A stretch of 64,000 bases of DNA from Callorhinchus milii. Taxonomy: Eukaryota. The stretch lies in NCBI RefSeq assembly GCF_018977255.1, contig NW_024704742.1, positions 105,898,001 to 105,962,000 of the forward strand, given 5' to 3'. The translations under genes and the position numbers were made by a program. Every line of letters begins with the position of its first letter. Positions within the stretch are counted from its first letter, which is position 1. The notes beneath the pieces were generated by a model. The model ran no database searches. It was not told the origin of the DNA and worked only from the letters and a program-made list of their open reading frames with translations. Below are positions 40,457 to 53,275 of the stretch, in pieces.

Positions 40457-40459
40457 CCA

Positions 40460-43400
40460 AGGATCTTAAATTAGATCCTCTCTGGGACAGGCAGCCAGTG
40501 CAGTCTGGCAATGACTAGGGTAATCGGGGAGCAGAGTTTGGTGTGGATAAGAAGGCGGGTGGCAGAGTTATGGATGGCCTGGATTTTATGGATGGTAGTG
40601 GAGGGGAGACCGGCGAGGAGTGCATTGAATAGTTGAGCCGAGAGGTGACAAAGGCATGGACCAGAGTTTCGGCGGCTTTTGGGGTGAGGTATTGGCGGAG
40701 ACGGGCGATGCGTCAGAGGTGGAAGAAAGCGGTGCTGGTGAGGGACCAGATGTGGGGGAGGAAGGATAATTGGGGGTCGAACTTGACGCCTAAGTTGCGT
40801 ACGGGTTTGGAGATTTTTAGGGGCAGGTCGGGTAGGTGGAGGAGGTGAGAACCATATGATTTAAGACGTTGACGAGAGCCAAAGAATATGGCTTCCATCT
40901 TATCAACATTTAGCTGAAGGAAATTCATGCTCATCCAGCCCCTGATGTCTGACAGGTAGGCTGACAGAACATCGGGAGACTGGGGGTCGCAAAGTGAGGT
41001 AGAAAAATAGAGTTGAGTGTCGTCTGCATACATGTGGAAGTGTACCCCATGTCTGCGGATGATATTCCCAAGAGGGAGCATGTAGATTAGGAAGAGGAGG
41101 GGGCCAAGGATGGATCCTTGGGGTACCCCGCAGGTAACTGGGTGAAAGCGGGAGGAAAAGCCGTTTGTGCAGATGTACTGCTGGCGGTTCATGAGGTAGG
41201 ACTCGAACCAGGCGAGTGCAGTCCCACTGAGGTGGTGGAGGAGGATGGCGTGATCGACTGTGTCGAAAGTGGTGGAGAGGTCCAGGAGGACAAGGAGGCA
41301 GAGGGAGCCCTGGTCACAGACAGAGAGGATGTTGTTTGAGACTTCCACAGGGCGGCAGGGCGGAAACCGGACTGGAGGGGTTCAAGGAGGGAGTGGGAGG
41401 AGAGGTGTGCGCGGAGTTGATTGGCAACAACGCATTCTAGGACTTTGGCGAGGAAGGACAGGTTTGAAATAGGGCAGTAATGGCTGGGGTTTGAGGGATC
41501 TAGGGAAGGTTTTTTGAGGAGGGGGGTGATGACAGCAGTTTTGAGGGGGCAGGGACTGATCCGGAGGAAAGGGACTGGTTGATGACATCAGCTAGTAGTG
41601 GCCAGAAGAGGGAGAGCTGGGTGACCAGCAAGTTGGTGGGGAGGGGGTCGAGGCAGCAGGTGGTGGGTTTCATTGAAGTGATGGTGGATGAGAGGGAGGA
41701 AGGAGCGATAGGGAGGAAGGAATGTAGGATGGGGTCGTGGTAGAGCTGATGATGGGGAGCGTGAGGGGGACGGAGAGGGAGTGGTGGTGAGTGACAAGTG
41801 GCAGGAGGATGAGGCTGCCTGGCGACTATTATATATTTTGGTTGAAAAGAAGTCCATGACCTCCTCGCACTTGGCATTAGATGTGAAGATTGAGGAGGCC
41901 TGAGGGGGTACACGGAGGAGGTAGTGGGTGGTGGAAAAAAGGACTTTGGGATTTTTTTTGTCTCCAAGATGATTTTGGAATAGAAGGCCATTTTTGCATA
42001 CGTCAAAGGACAGTGGTAGCTGTGGAGATGTTCGAGCCACAGTTGGTGGTGAACTGTCAGGCCAGTTTTCTGCCATCTGCGCTTGAGCAGCCGGGTTTGG
42101 GTTTTTAGGGAGCGGAGATGATGGTTATACCAGGGGGATCAGGTGGGTTTGGAGATGGTCCTGTATTTCAGGGGGACGAGAGAGTTGAAGGTAGAAGAGA
42201 GGCGATCATGGAGCAGCTGGACGGCTGCTTCAGGATCTCTGTGAGTGGAAGGCCATAGGGATAGGATATTGAAGGATGTGAGGGCCCTTCTGAGGGGTAG
42301 CCTTTTCCATGGGCGGTAGAGTATGTTTGAGGGCTTGGTGGAGGAGAAAGCGATGTGAGAGGAGAAGGAGATGAGGAAGTGGTCCGAGATGGCCATGTCC
42401 ACTATGCTCAGGTCGAAAATGTCAAGGCTGTGGGTAATGACGAGGTCGAGGGTATGGCCACGGTTATGGGTCGGTGAGTTAATGTGAAGGGTGAAGTTTA
42501 GGGAGAAGAGGAGGGCAGTGAAGTCAGAAGATGTGGTGCAGGGAGAGTTTAGGTGAAGGTTGAAATTATCCATTATGAGCAGGCATTCGGAGCAGAGGGA
42601 CAGAGAAGAGAGGAGAGTAGAGATGTCAGAGAGGAAGGAGCCAGGGGGCTTAGGGGTGTGGTAAACAAAAAGGATTTTCAGTGGGAGAGAGGGATGGAAG
42701 AGGGTGAGGTGCTCAAAGGAGGGGAAGCAGCCACAAGATTTGGTTTGGATGATGGGTGTGGTGGCAGGAATAGCCTGGAGGGGAGGCTTCAACTAGGGGG
42801 ACAGGGTCATTGGGGGAGAGCCAGGTTTCTGTGAGCCCAAGAATGTCGTGGTGCTCATCCAGGATGAGGTCATGGATGGTGAGGGCTTTGTTAGAGAGGG
42901 AACAGACATTTTGAAGGGAAATGCAGGTGGGTTTGCTGGTGGGAGGAGAGAGTGATGCGGAAAGAATTTTAGGGTGTACAGAAGAGATGGCTGTGGAGTG
43001 TGGTAGGAGTGGAGAGTTGGGGAGGGTATGTATGAGGGAGGGGGAAGTTGTGTTTGCCTTAAGGAGGTGGTTTGTGTGAAGGAAGTGAATGATGGGACAC
43101 TTGGGGTTGCTGCTGTAGGGCAGCCAGTGCCGGGAGCCATGATGGGCCAAGCGGAGGATGCCCGGCTGGAGCAGAGGGAAGTGGTGATGGGGTCCAGGAG
43201 AGAGAGAGAAGGCAGGGAGGGCGGTGGGGGAGAAGGGAGTAGCGGATAGAGAGAGGTGGGAGGAGAGACATTTAGAGTGGAGGGGGAGGCTTGGGTTGGG
43301 GCGGTAGCCAAAACGTGCACGCAGAGACCGTGAGCGAGTGATCAGCAGGACAGCATCAGCCCGCAGGCTGTGTGGTCATGGCTGGGATGGCAGTGACAGA

Positions 43401-43590
43401 CAGGGGCTGCCAGGACATTTTTTAATTATGACGTCACGCCGACGTCACTTTTGTAAATCAGCGCCCCCCCTCACCTCCCCCGCGCTCTCCTGACTCCGCT
43501 CCCGAATGAGTGACTCCTCACCTCGCTGGGCTTTAAACCCACTGCTGGGCCTCAGCTCTGCCCCGCGCTCTCCTGACTCCGCTCCCGAAA
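40460..43590 (-). mobile_element. Near-full-length L2 LINE (APE endonuclease + RT), frameshifted, own 3' end missing
   Basis: ISLQNVCSL..DILGLTETWL, IMDNFNLH, PTHNRGHTLDLVIT, ISDHFLI (APE); LLDLSTTFDTVDH, GVPQGSILGPLLFLIYM, HMYADDTQLY (RT). Confidence 0.95.
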
Positions 43591-43714
43591 TTTCAGAGCA
43601 GCGTAGGATTATTTATTATATTTCACTTTACTTTGGACTATTCTTCTTGGGGGAGAGGTAAGCGGGGTCTCCTTGGAGCTGAACTGGCTCCAAGGTAAAA
43701 TGCCTGGCAATGTA

Positions 43715-43935
43715 ATGTTGGAATCGAGCCAGCTGTCTGTGGCGGTCTCGGTAGTTCAGTACCTGAGCCAGGCAGGTCCGCAGTATTCCAGGGCACTGCT
43801 GATAACAGTAAAGTCAGCCTGGACCTGGAAGGGCAGACCATTCACTGGGAGCAGGGACTCTTCCCACACTGCTTCTGTTAACCCTGCAAGCCAAAGCCCT
43901 AAGTGGGAATGTGGTCCTAGCTGGACCAGCAGCGG
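43715..43935 (-). repeat. Unclassified dispersed repeat, 3' part
   Basis: Reverse complement CCAGCTAGGACCACATTCCCACTTAGGGCTTTGGCTTGCAGGGTTAACAG..GGCTCGATTCCAACA matches 36045-36232. Confidence 0.75.
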
Positions 43936-44773
43936 GAAAGCTTTCTGCTTCCTGCATGTGCACAGCCTTCTTCATAATACTCAGCCACAGGCAATCCAAA
44001 CATCACAGCCCATCTGCTACTCATCACATCAAGTTCACAGAGACAGGACCATCCCTCCCCCCTTTGCTGTTTTCAGTTGTGAAGTGTGAGAAGCTACGTC
44101 TCAAGACAAAGAGATTATCCCCTTTTTAATGCGTTGTTTCTAAAAAGCCGGTATTCCCTGTACCAGTAGCCTAATCAAAGGCTGGGATTTGGAATGCCAC
44201 GAGTCCAGTTTCATGGACTTCATCATTGACAACACCATTGAGAGAGACGAATCCCATCACATGGACCACAAATTTGATGCTATCATCTAATATGTACAAT
44301 ATGCCCATTGACTTGAGAGTTTGCATTAACATGTTGTTACAATTCTAATACTGTACAACTTTGGAGGGAGACAGAATATAGATAAAGAGTAGGACTTGGT
44401 TCCTGGTAAATCTCGTAAATCAGTGGATTTCACTGGAAAATCAGAATTCTATTCAAGTCACTCCAGCCATATGATAGATTTCGCCAAAACATGTGGCTCT
44501 AATTCCAGAGGCAGCATTTATAAATTCGCAAAGTGCACATTTATATTGTAATTTCCACACGACCATATATTTGCAGAAAAATGTTTGCAAATGCTTTGTC
44601 AAGAGAGAAATGTATTGTTACCATTTTATAAATTAGTTGCATATGTGGGAAAGCTGCAGTAACTATTATTTTCTCAGTGGAACGGATGGCATAAATTCAC
44701 ACGGGTTACACCAGCAAAAACCATTTGGAAGAAGAGATTGGAAGAGAAGTGTTTAATTATTGATTTCAAATTG

Positions 44774-44789
44774 TGACCTTTCCTGACCT
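44774..44789 (-). promoter_or_regulatory. Perfect DR4 nuclear-receptor element (AGGTCA-GGAA-AGGTCA)
   Basis: TGACCT TTCC TGACCT on the + strand in sequence with no recognisable repeat; function not shown. Confidence 0.4.
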
Positions 44790-46189
44790 TATTTCACATG
44801 CTTCTGTGGAAGCAAATTTCGAATGCAGGACAATTGAGATTTTTGACCAGTTCAAAGCATGTGAGAGTAATAAATCTATTTGAAGTGGCAAAGTGTAAAA
44901 TGTGAAATTCTGTGCACACTAACATTTTCCTTACAGAAGATGTTGCAGCAGATGAATGTTTCCTTTATTTAGATTATTATTGACCTTTAAGCCTGTTATC
45001 AGGACGTGGTGAGGAGGCTGCTGTCACAAAGCCCAATGAAAGCGAAGTCGCTGGAGAGATAATGGACGGTTCCCACCAGCTTGACCCTTCATTTTGACAG
45101 ACAAGACATGGGCACTCATCAAAATTTCATCTGGAGACTTAAAAGTCATTTGGAGTTCATGAAATCAAATTACGTCTCGCGTTTCCTCTCCGCCCAACTT
45201 AATACTTCCTCCGTACTTTGAAAAGGCTAGTAAAAATGCTACAGCCCAGCTGATCAAGTTACTCATTGTCACACCTGTCTGCAGAGACATGCTTTAGGTA
45301 AACATCTACTCTTCAGTTTGTAGAAATTAACATAATGTATGGGTCAGGCACAGAGCGACTGACAGGCCCATCTGATCTGTTGGGTGACATGGCTGTCAGA
45401 GGAGGCAATGGGCTTCTTGATTTGGCAATGCAAATATCTGGTCACCTAGTCCTCATGGTTAAATTTCAGGCCAAGCAGCTGAGATCATGTTAGGATTCCT
45501 CTCAAGTCCTTTTGTGAATGATTATATAGTGCAAGGTGATTCGATTACCCTTTTTTTATTGAAATGCAAGGTTGCTTGATCAGCGAATGATTGTGTGATG
45601 AACATATCTTACGTTGTAATCTGAAGTTGTGAATCTCTAATGAATTCACAGTCTATTAGTCCCTGACACATTTTGGAAGTCTGCCATTAATGGCTTTCCT
45701 TTATCAGGCACTGTCAGGAGGAAAAAAACAGAAGATGAAATGTCCTTTGGTTAAGCCTCTTTGCTAATGGATAACGAAAGTGCAACATTATATTATCCAT
45801 AATGATAATCCCAGTCTGAACAGTCTTAAATGAAGATGTCTGTAAAGGTCCTGTTACACATTTGGTATCAAGTGCATGGTCCACTTAAACGTGGCGATGA
45901 AAGGCCATATTGTGCTATAAAATAGTAATCTTTTTCTCCTTCTACCTACAAAAGAACAAAAGACATCTCTTAACATTTCTAAAACAAACCTATGGAAAGC
46001 TGTTTTGTTGTATACCCATATCAAACATCTGGTTTGATGGATAGAGATGATCTTCACCAAGTGAAAATTTTAAGTAATATTTGGTAATCATTTTGCAAGG
46101 TTTCTTTGAAATTAATATGCACAAAAAGACCTAACTAAAAATATTGGCCTGATTGAGACCCATTGGGGCCCATTCTTACCTCTTTTTCC

Positions 46190-47400
46190 TTTCCAATGCC
46201 CTGGAATGAGTTGCTGTGTCCCAGCTTCGGTCTTTTGTCTCCTGCCATTCCCTCTGTGAACCACTCCAATTGCCTCTCTGCTCAGCTCAACCTTCATGGA
46301 ACTGCCCTTGCCTGGTTCAAATCCTATCTCTCCCACCGTCTCCACTTTCTCTCCAGTATCACCGTCACATGTGGCGTCCCTCAGAGCTCTGTCCTTGGTC
46401 CACTATATGATCCCTCTTGGTGATATCATCCGTAGACATGTGATCAAATTTCCACATGTGTGCGGATGACACCCAACTCTACCTCTCCACCTACACCCTT
46501 GACTCTAGGACCACTGCTGTCCTCACAGACTGCCTGTCAGACATCAAATTCTGGATGAGAGCAAACTAGTTGAATGTCAACAAGACTGAGGTCCTCCTGC
46601 TTGGCTCCTTGGCGCTGACAGCATCTCCCTTCATGAATGCACACTACACCTCACGGAGCCAATATGGAACCTTGCCGTCCTGTTTGACCCTCAACTGTCC
46701 TTAATCCCCCACATCCGTGCCATGACCCGCTCTGCCTTCCTCTACTTCCACAACATTGCCCGGCTCCACCACTATCTCTCACCCCAGACCGCGGAGACCC
46801 TCTTCCATGCATTCATTACATCCAAAGTCGACTATACCAAACTCCCCGCTTGTCGGCCTCCCCAGTTGCTCCCTCCACAGGCTGCAAATCATCTAGGATT
46901 CTGCAGCCCATGTTCTCTCCCACACTAGGCTCCGTGACCCTATCACCCCCCATCCTTGCCCGGCTACACTGGCTTCCCATCACAAAGAGGATATGCTTCA
47001 AGATCCTTCAAAGTCCTCCATGGCCTTGCTCCCCCCTACCTCTGTGATCTCCTAACCCCCTACCAACCGTCCACTCCCTTAGCTCAGTGGGCTCCAGCCT
47101 GCTTCACATTCCCCGCCTTGCTCCCCCCACCATTGGCAGGTGGGCCTTCAGCCTCTTTGCCCTCACCCTCTGGAACTCTATCCCGCAGTCCCTCCATTTC
47201 GCCCCGTCTCTTGCCTCCTTCAAAATCCATCTCAAGACCCTCCTCTTCAACCGTGCCTTCGGTCACCCTCCTACACCTACCCTCCTCACCCTCCACCTCT
47301 CGTTATCCCAACCACCAGCTCGGGTGCAGATCCCTGACTGTCCAGCACCTTGGAACGTCCTCCTGACATGAAAGAGGCTATACAAATGTAATTTGTTGTT
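46190..47400 (+). mobile_element. L2 LINE 3' fragment
   Basis: GTALAWFKSYLS, GVPQSSVLGP, LHWLPITKRICFKIL, IGRWAFSLFALTLWNSIP..FKIHLKTLLFNRAF; tail. Confidence 0.92.
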
Positions 47401-47614
47401 GCTGGTTTACACTATTTGGGAATAGTTTACACGATGAGAATCAGATTAATTTTTTGTGTCAAAATACTCTCTTTTCTCAAGGCCTGAAATTCCACCTAGT
47501 CTTAGTGTGTTGAGGAAAATTCATAAAATCAGTCTTAATTTGGAAGCCAGTTCTCTTTAGAAATTTTTGCAGCTCAGTTGTGTAAACTGGCTTCCAAATT
47601 ATTAATAATAGTTA

Positions 47615-48030
47615 TCTTTGCATTGGATATAGCAGCGAGACATTGCAAAATGCTTTACATGATATGCTGTTAAATGATATGACTTTGTGTGTTTTGTGTG
47701 TGAACATGGTAGTCAATTTGGACAGAGAGCAACATCCCATAAAAAGCCATGAAATGAGTGACCAATTTTATTTGGGGAATTGTTGGCCAGGACTGACTTC
47801 TGTTTTTGAATATTGCCATGGGGTATTTAACATCTACCTGAACAAGCATACTGGACCTCCACTTAATGTTTCATCCGAAGGACAGTACCTCTAACAATGC
47901 AGCCAGCCATCCCCCAGCACTGGATTGGAGCTTCAGCCTAGACTATATGAGTTCCAAGTCCCAATGTGAGGCTTGAACCTACAACCTTCTGACTCAGAGG
48001 TGAGACTGCTACTAACTGAACCAGGCTGAA
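47615..48030 (-). mobile_element. Old Deu-domain SINE
   Basis: TTGTTGGCCAGGA..TATTGCCATGGGGTATTTAACATCTACCTGAACA and tRNA-like head (TTGAACC..CTACTAACTGAACCAGGCTGA). Confidence 0.75.
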
Positions 48031-48605
48031 ATTAAGACTATATACACATTTTCTACAGTTCTGTGTGATTTAAAATGTTATGACAAAACAGTTTTATGGG
48101 TTATAGGAATATTAGGTGTGGAATAGTTGTCAAGTTTTGCTTATTTCCACCAATTAGCCTTGAAAAGCTAATTAAGTGTTTTAAGAGCTGCTTATTTTGT
48201 GGTGTTATTTAACATCCGCTTCCAAAGTAGCATCTGATGTGAACTTCTACTTGCTGGGAGCAGTGAAAACACAGTTTAGTTGCCAAATTAATATTGTTTA
48301 TCGCACATCACTTCTGCAGTGTAATGGGAGATAGCAACAGCTCAGTACTGTGCCTTGTCAACCGCAGAGCAAACAAGAACTTGGCTGTTGACACTAGTGG
48401 TCCATCTATGTACTCTGGCGGAGAAATCCTTCAGTAAAGACTATTTAAAGAGCAGGTTTTACATTGAGCAGATGTTCTAACTTCTCAAAAATTGGTTCCT
48501 GTGCCTCGACTGCTCAGGGGGTTGACTGCAGAATCTCTGTGAAACTCTCTTCTGATGCCGATCTCTACTTCTGTGAGACTGGATTGCAGCCAAAGGAAGG
48601 AGGCT

Positions 48606-48856
48606 CTTGGGAGGAAGAAATTTCACCTGGGTTCAGATTTACTCCATTTATATAGCATTTCAGAGCGCCCAGAATTTGGCAAGAACTTAAATACAATCTT
48701 AATTTTGAAGCCGGTTTTCCGTAAATTCTTTACAACCACAGAAAATCGACTTCAAAGTTAAGACTGAAATCCACGATTTGCCAAATTCTGCACACTGTTA
48801 AGGAAATTGAATAAATTTAAATACATTTAGATCCAGGTAAAATTTCTTCCTCCAAG
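48606..48856. mobile_element. Palindromic MITE-like element, best-preserved copy
   Basis: Left CTTGGGAGGAAGAAATTTCACCTGGGTTCAGAT vs reverse complement of right CTTGGAGGAAGAAATTTTACCTGGATCTAAAT; nested inner arms. Confidence 0.82.
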
Positions 48857-49639
48857 TGGTGTTTGGTAGGAGATCAGTCTCTGAACAGTTGCAGACATTT
48901 GGCCCATGACACATCTGTGTACCTGCAGGATCTGCTAGTGGAGACTCTTTTATGAATCTCCAAATTCAAACCTATTCTGGCGATGCCCTCACTCACTTCC
49001 TACAAGTCTGATCATATCTTATTCACATGCTGTACAGGTCAGACTGGCCTGTTTGTGAAACAATGCACAGTGAAATAAATCAGGGATTCTACCAGCACTC
49101 GCTTTATGCTGCCAACAAGTATCATAGAAAGATGAACTCCAAATAAATAGTTAGCAATAACATCTGTGATACAGTTTGACACCAAATATAGTACAGTAGT
49201 TAAATTTCGGCACATTAGGAGAGCATAAGTTCGTAGGCATTCCAGCACTGTTTGTAGTAAGAAGAGTTGGCAATACTTGATGAAGGTAAAGCTTTAGCCT
49301 CATAGCAATATACAGGCCTGTCTGTGGCTTCCTTTTCTACATGCAATGCTATTTTTGTCTCCATCAGTTGGCGTGCATGAATCAAATTCAGCATTGTGTT
49401 CAGATCCATCTCCATGAATATGTGCAACTGTAGCTCTCAGTCATTATCTGAAGCATCCATAAAAGCAGTAGTGGGAAACTACGCATGGGAGATAAAGCAG
49501 AACGTTCTATAAACATTTTATTGACCTTGTCAAAACTATTCTGAGCAGCATCAGTTCATTTAAATGCTTTGATTCCATTCCTAAGAAATAGTGAAAGCTC
49601 AACAAGAATAGCATAATATAGCTAATATATATACAATAT

Positions 49640-49910
49640 AGCTAACTCAAGCTTGCTGCACATCCCTCGCCCTCTCTCAGCCACCATCGTTGGCCGAGCC
49701 TTCAGTTACTAAATCCCTAACCTACTGCCTCTAACCCCTGGCCTCGCCCCATCACTATCAGTTTTTAAATCCTACCTTAAAACAAACTACTTCTTTGACT
49801 GCCACCCTTTCTTCCTTCCTTCCCCTTTTACCTCTCCCCCTCTCCATTGTGAAGACTCCCAAGAGTTTATCCTACCTAAAGGGCACAACCTAAATGAAAG
49901 TTACTGTTGC
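49640..49910 (+). mobile_element. Old L2 3' fragment
   Basis: ACCATCGTTGGCCGAGCCTTCAG (TIVGRAFS) and TTTAAATCCTACCTTAAAACA (FKSYLKT). Confidence 0.65.
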
Positions 49911-52564
49911 ATATTGCTTCCCAACAATAGCCATAATTGGAAGTAGTGGGCTGTCAAGAATGACATTGATATGAGCTACATCAGGTTGTATTCTTTCCAG
50001 GAAAAGCCAATAACCATGGAAATGCAGCCAGCTTTCTCTGCCTCCGGTGAAATTTGCCAACATGAAACTTAAAATCAGCTGGTGTTTGTCCACAGATGAT
50101 TACATTACCTTAGGAACAATGTATATATTGTCAACAATGTAATATCATTGCTGTCTTGTGACAAAATGCTAGTCCTGAACCAAGACTCTAAGGCATATAA
50201 CAAGTTTGTACCAAACCTTCAAACAAATAGATATCTGTGCTCTACATCAAGTAATATTAATTTGCATTACATCATGTTTTGCAGATAACTAAATGTCTCA
50301 ACCTGATACTGGGCTTTTCCAAGATTGAGGATATGCATTTCTGCTAGTTTGGTGAGTTATAGTGCTTGAAGGTACATTGCTGTAATAATTTTAGAGCCAA
50401 TGAGAATGGTATATTTCACAACCACATGCTTGATGTGCCAAACAACTATTAGATTTAACTGGAGTGTGGGATGCAGTGGGAGAATACACCAATTATGAGG
50501 ACTGATGAGCATCTTCCCAAGCTCCATGCCCTCATCGTTGGAACCAATGTTGTGAGATTTGGAAAAATATTTGTCAATAGGGAATCATCACTATCATCCC
50601 AAAACTCTGCTCAGATGCCAAAGGTGAGATTTCTGTGTCTCAAGGCTCGGAGCTACCTTTGACTTTAGCCCCCACTCTTCTGCCACTGAGCAGCATAAGT
50701 CATCGATGATGTGCTTACAGAAGGATCCTGCCTGCAGTTGGTTCTTAAAGTGAAGCGGAGAAAAAAGAAAACCTCCAAGAGTTCACCACAAATTATTGTT
50801 GCCATTGTCTAGCTTTTTACAAAAGAAATGACCAAATATAAACACATAAGGAAACAGACATGATACAGAATCACAGAATTTGCACAAAAGAAAGCTCTTC
50901 ACTCTTCCATCATGTCTGTGTCAAGCTCACTCCCCTGCATTTTCCCTCATGCCCTTTTATATTTTAGTTTGTAAAATCAGGTTACAGATGAATTATAAAG
51001 AAACAGAAAATGAGTTCAAGACTATTAGCCTCCTGATTCTTTTATCCCCCAGCTTATGCTGCTGTGAAGTTAACATACCTGGTCTAAGTTCAGTGCCTCC
51101 AGAGTTTTAATTGAAAAAACAATCAGGGAGTTTTCAAGGCAATTTCAATATAAAACCAAGTGATTTCACAACCTTGGCATTAATGTTAACAGCTGTTTGA
51201 AATAATAAATAAATATTACTACACATTTAAATTAAGACTATTTTAAGCACTGAGATTAATAACCAACAGGTTTAATGAAATGGTGTTAACTCTCATGGCA
51301 AGTGAAAATTTCAACCCTCTCATATTAATGCAAAATTATTATTTTCAGTCAGTAGTAATGGGTGACTGACAACCCTACCAGTTTTATTAGGTTCATGAAG
51401 ATCAACATCAGCTTTTAAGTTCAGTCTTAACATGGAAGTCGGTTTTCCACAGCTCATAAAAGGATCGGCTTCTAAGTTTAGTCTAAATTTTTTTCCACAA
51501 TTCTGCATGATCTTGTCTTTGAAAATATGGAAAATGATCGGAATTTTGGTCAGGACCTCATCAGAGTAATAAAAATTAAAAAGAACTTTACCGTAAGGAA
51601 ACGTAAAAGAATTTATTCCAAACCTTACGGGTGATCATAGTAAGATGCACCCAAACTTTGAAATATGAGCACCTTGATTTGAGTGTACAACTAACAAGTG
51701 CTCAACACATTGCAACAGCACATCCATCTCTCAACTCTATCTTCAACTACTGGTGAAATATAGATAACATATGGCCCGTTATCCAGTGAAGAAATTAACA
51801 TGTGCTACGACACAAGAGAAACTCAGATTATCAAAGCAGTGGACATCTGGGTTTTCAACATAGAAATCACTTGTTTGTAGGCACAGTGAATTTTGTAATT
51901 TTTAACTTTTTATTTTGTGTTTGTTTAAAACACTGACTGTCCTCATATCTGATGTATGAAGAGACGTGACAGGACAATGACTACAGTGTTGGTGATTGTA
52001 AATGACTAAAGTCATTGACTGTAGCAGTGAATACATTGCTGGTCAACTAGTAAATGATATCCGATGCAGTATTAGTACATTATTGGGCTAGAAAGGCCAG
52101 TTTATTATCTATAAAATAGTAAAGAACCATGATTAATTTTACCATCCTATTTGTACTTTTTCTGTTGTTTCAATTTATATGGCACATCTTGCTGACTTGA
52201 TAAGACATTATACCAAATGCAAGGATTATTATTATTGTATTCTTTATATGCTGACCTCAATAACTTTATCACCAATCACTGTCTATTTTAAAGAAGATTC
52301 TGCTCCAAAACGCACAGTAATAATAATCCTTATATTTGGTATAGCACTTTATACATGGGGAGGATGTCTGAAAGCTTCACAGGATTCACTGTAAATTGCT
52401 GTGATGGTGTGTTTCTGTCATGGTATCATAGAAATTATAGTCCATTGGATGGACTAACTACTATAATCCCAATTCCCTGCTCTTTTCTCTACTCTTTATT
52501 CCACCTGTGCAATTGCTTATCTAGTTCTTTTTAAAATGTTTTCATAGTCTCACCTCAATTCCTT

Positions 52565-52730
52565 TTGGTCAGTCAAGTGTCTGACACATGCAGAAACCCA
52601 TCACCATGCTTAGGAGTACCCAAACCAAATTGCAAATTCCATGCATCCCATCTACACATGGAAATTCCGGAGATAGATTTCTGGAATGGAATGCGCACTC
52701 TCTCCCTGGAGCATCCTGCTTACCTAATTC
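52565..52730 (+). repeat. Unclassified dispersed repeat, 5' part
   Basis: TGTCTGACACATGCAGAAACCCATCACCATGCTTAGG..AATGGAATGCGCACTCTCTCCCT matches 35490-35900. Confidence 0.72.
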
Positions 52731-53069
52731 CAGAAAGTATTAGTAACAAACAGAAGGTGTGCTTGGCAACCCAGCGGCAAAGAGGAGTTAGCTTGCTCAG
52801 AAGCTTGGGGCTGGATCCATGATGCATCTGTGCATTCAAAACCCCATCCATCCATTCAGGGGGCTTTTGCTCATCCTCCGCTTCTGGAGAAAGGAAACTC
52901 ATGGACTACAAATTATCTGACTCCTCTCCATACTATGGGAGAAGTCAATGGCATAAATGTTGAGGGCACCAGTCACCTTCACATCAATGGACATCACTGT
53001 CCTATCACCAATACATGTCTGCAATGTCAGCCAGATCACTTTGGCTGCTCCCACGTTGCAACTTTATAT

Positions 53070-53275
53070 AATATAATCCTTGCATTTGATATAGCGCTTT
53101 TCACGTCGGGAGGACGTCCCAAAGCACTTCACAGAACACACTGTAAAGTGAATTGACTGTATATTTGTGGGCGAAAGCGGCAGCCAATTGCGCACAGCAA
53201 TGTCCCACAAACAGTCGTAGATTGAAAATGACCAATTTATTATTGTTTTTGGTTTTGGGGGATTATTATTATTAG
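53070..53275 (-). mobile_element. 5'-truncated young SINE
   Basis: Near-identical reverse complement of 27050-27250. Confidence 0.92.

Noticed and set aside
43673..44089. 138-aa plus-strand ORF
   Set aside because: Largely overlaps the unclassified repeat on the opposite strand; no recognisable domain
49039..49427. Two overlapping minus-strand ORFs resembling a frameshifted old transposase or RT
   Set aside because: No diagnostic motif that I can support; needs a profile search
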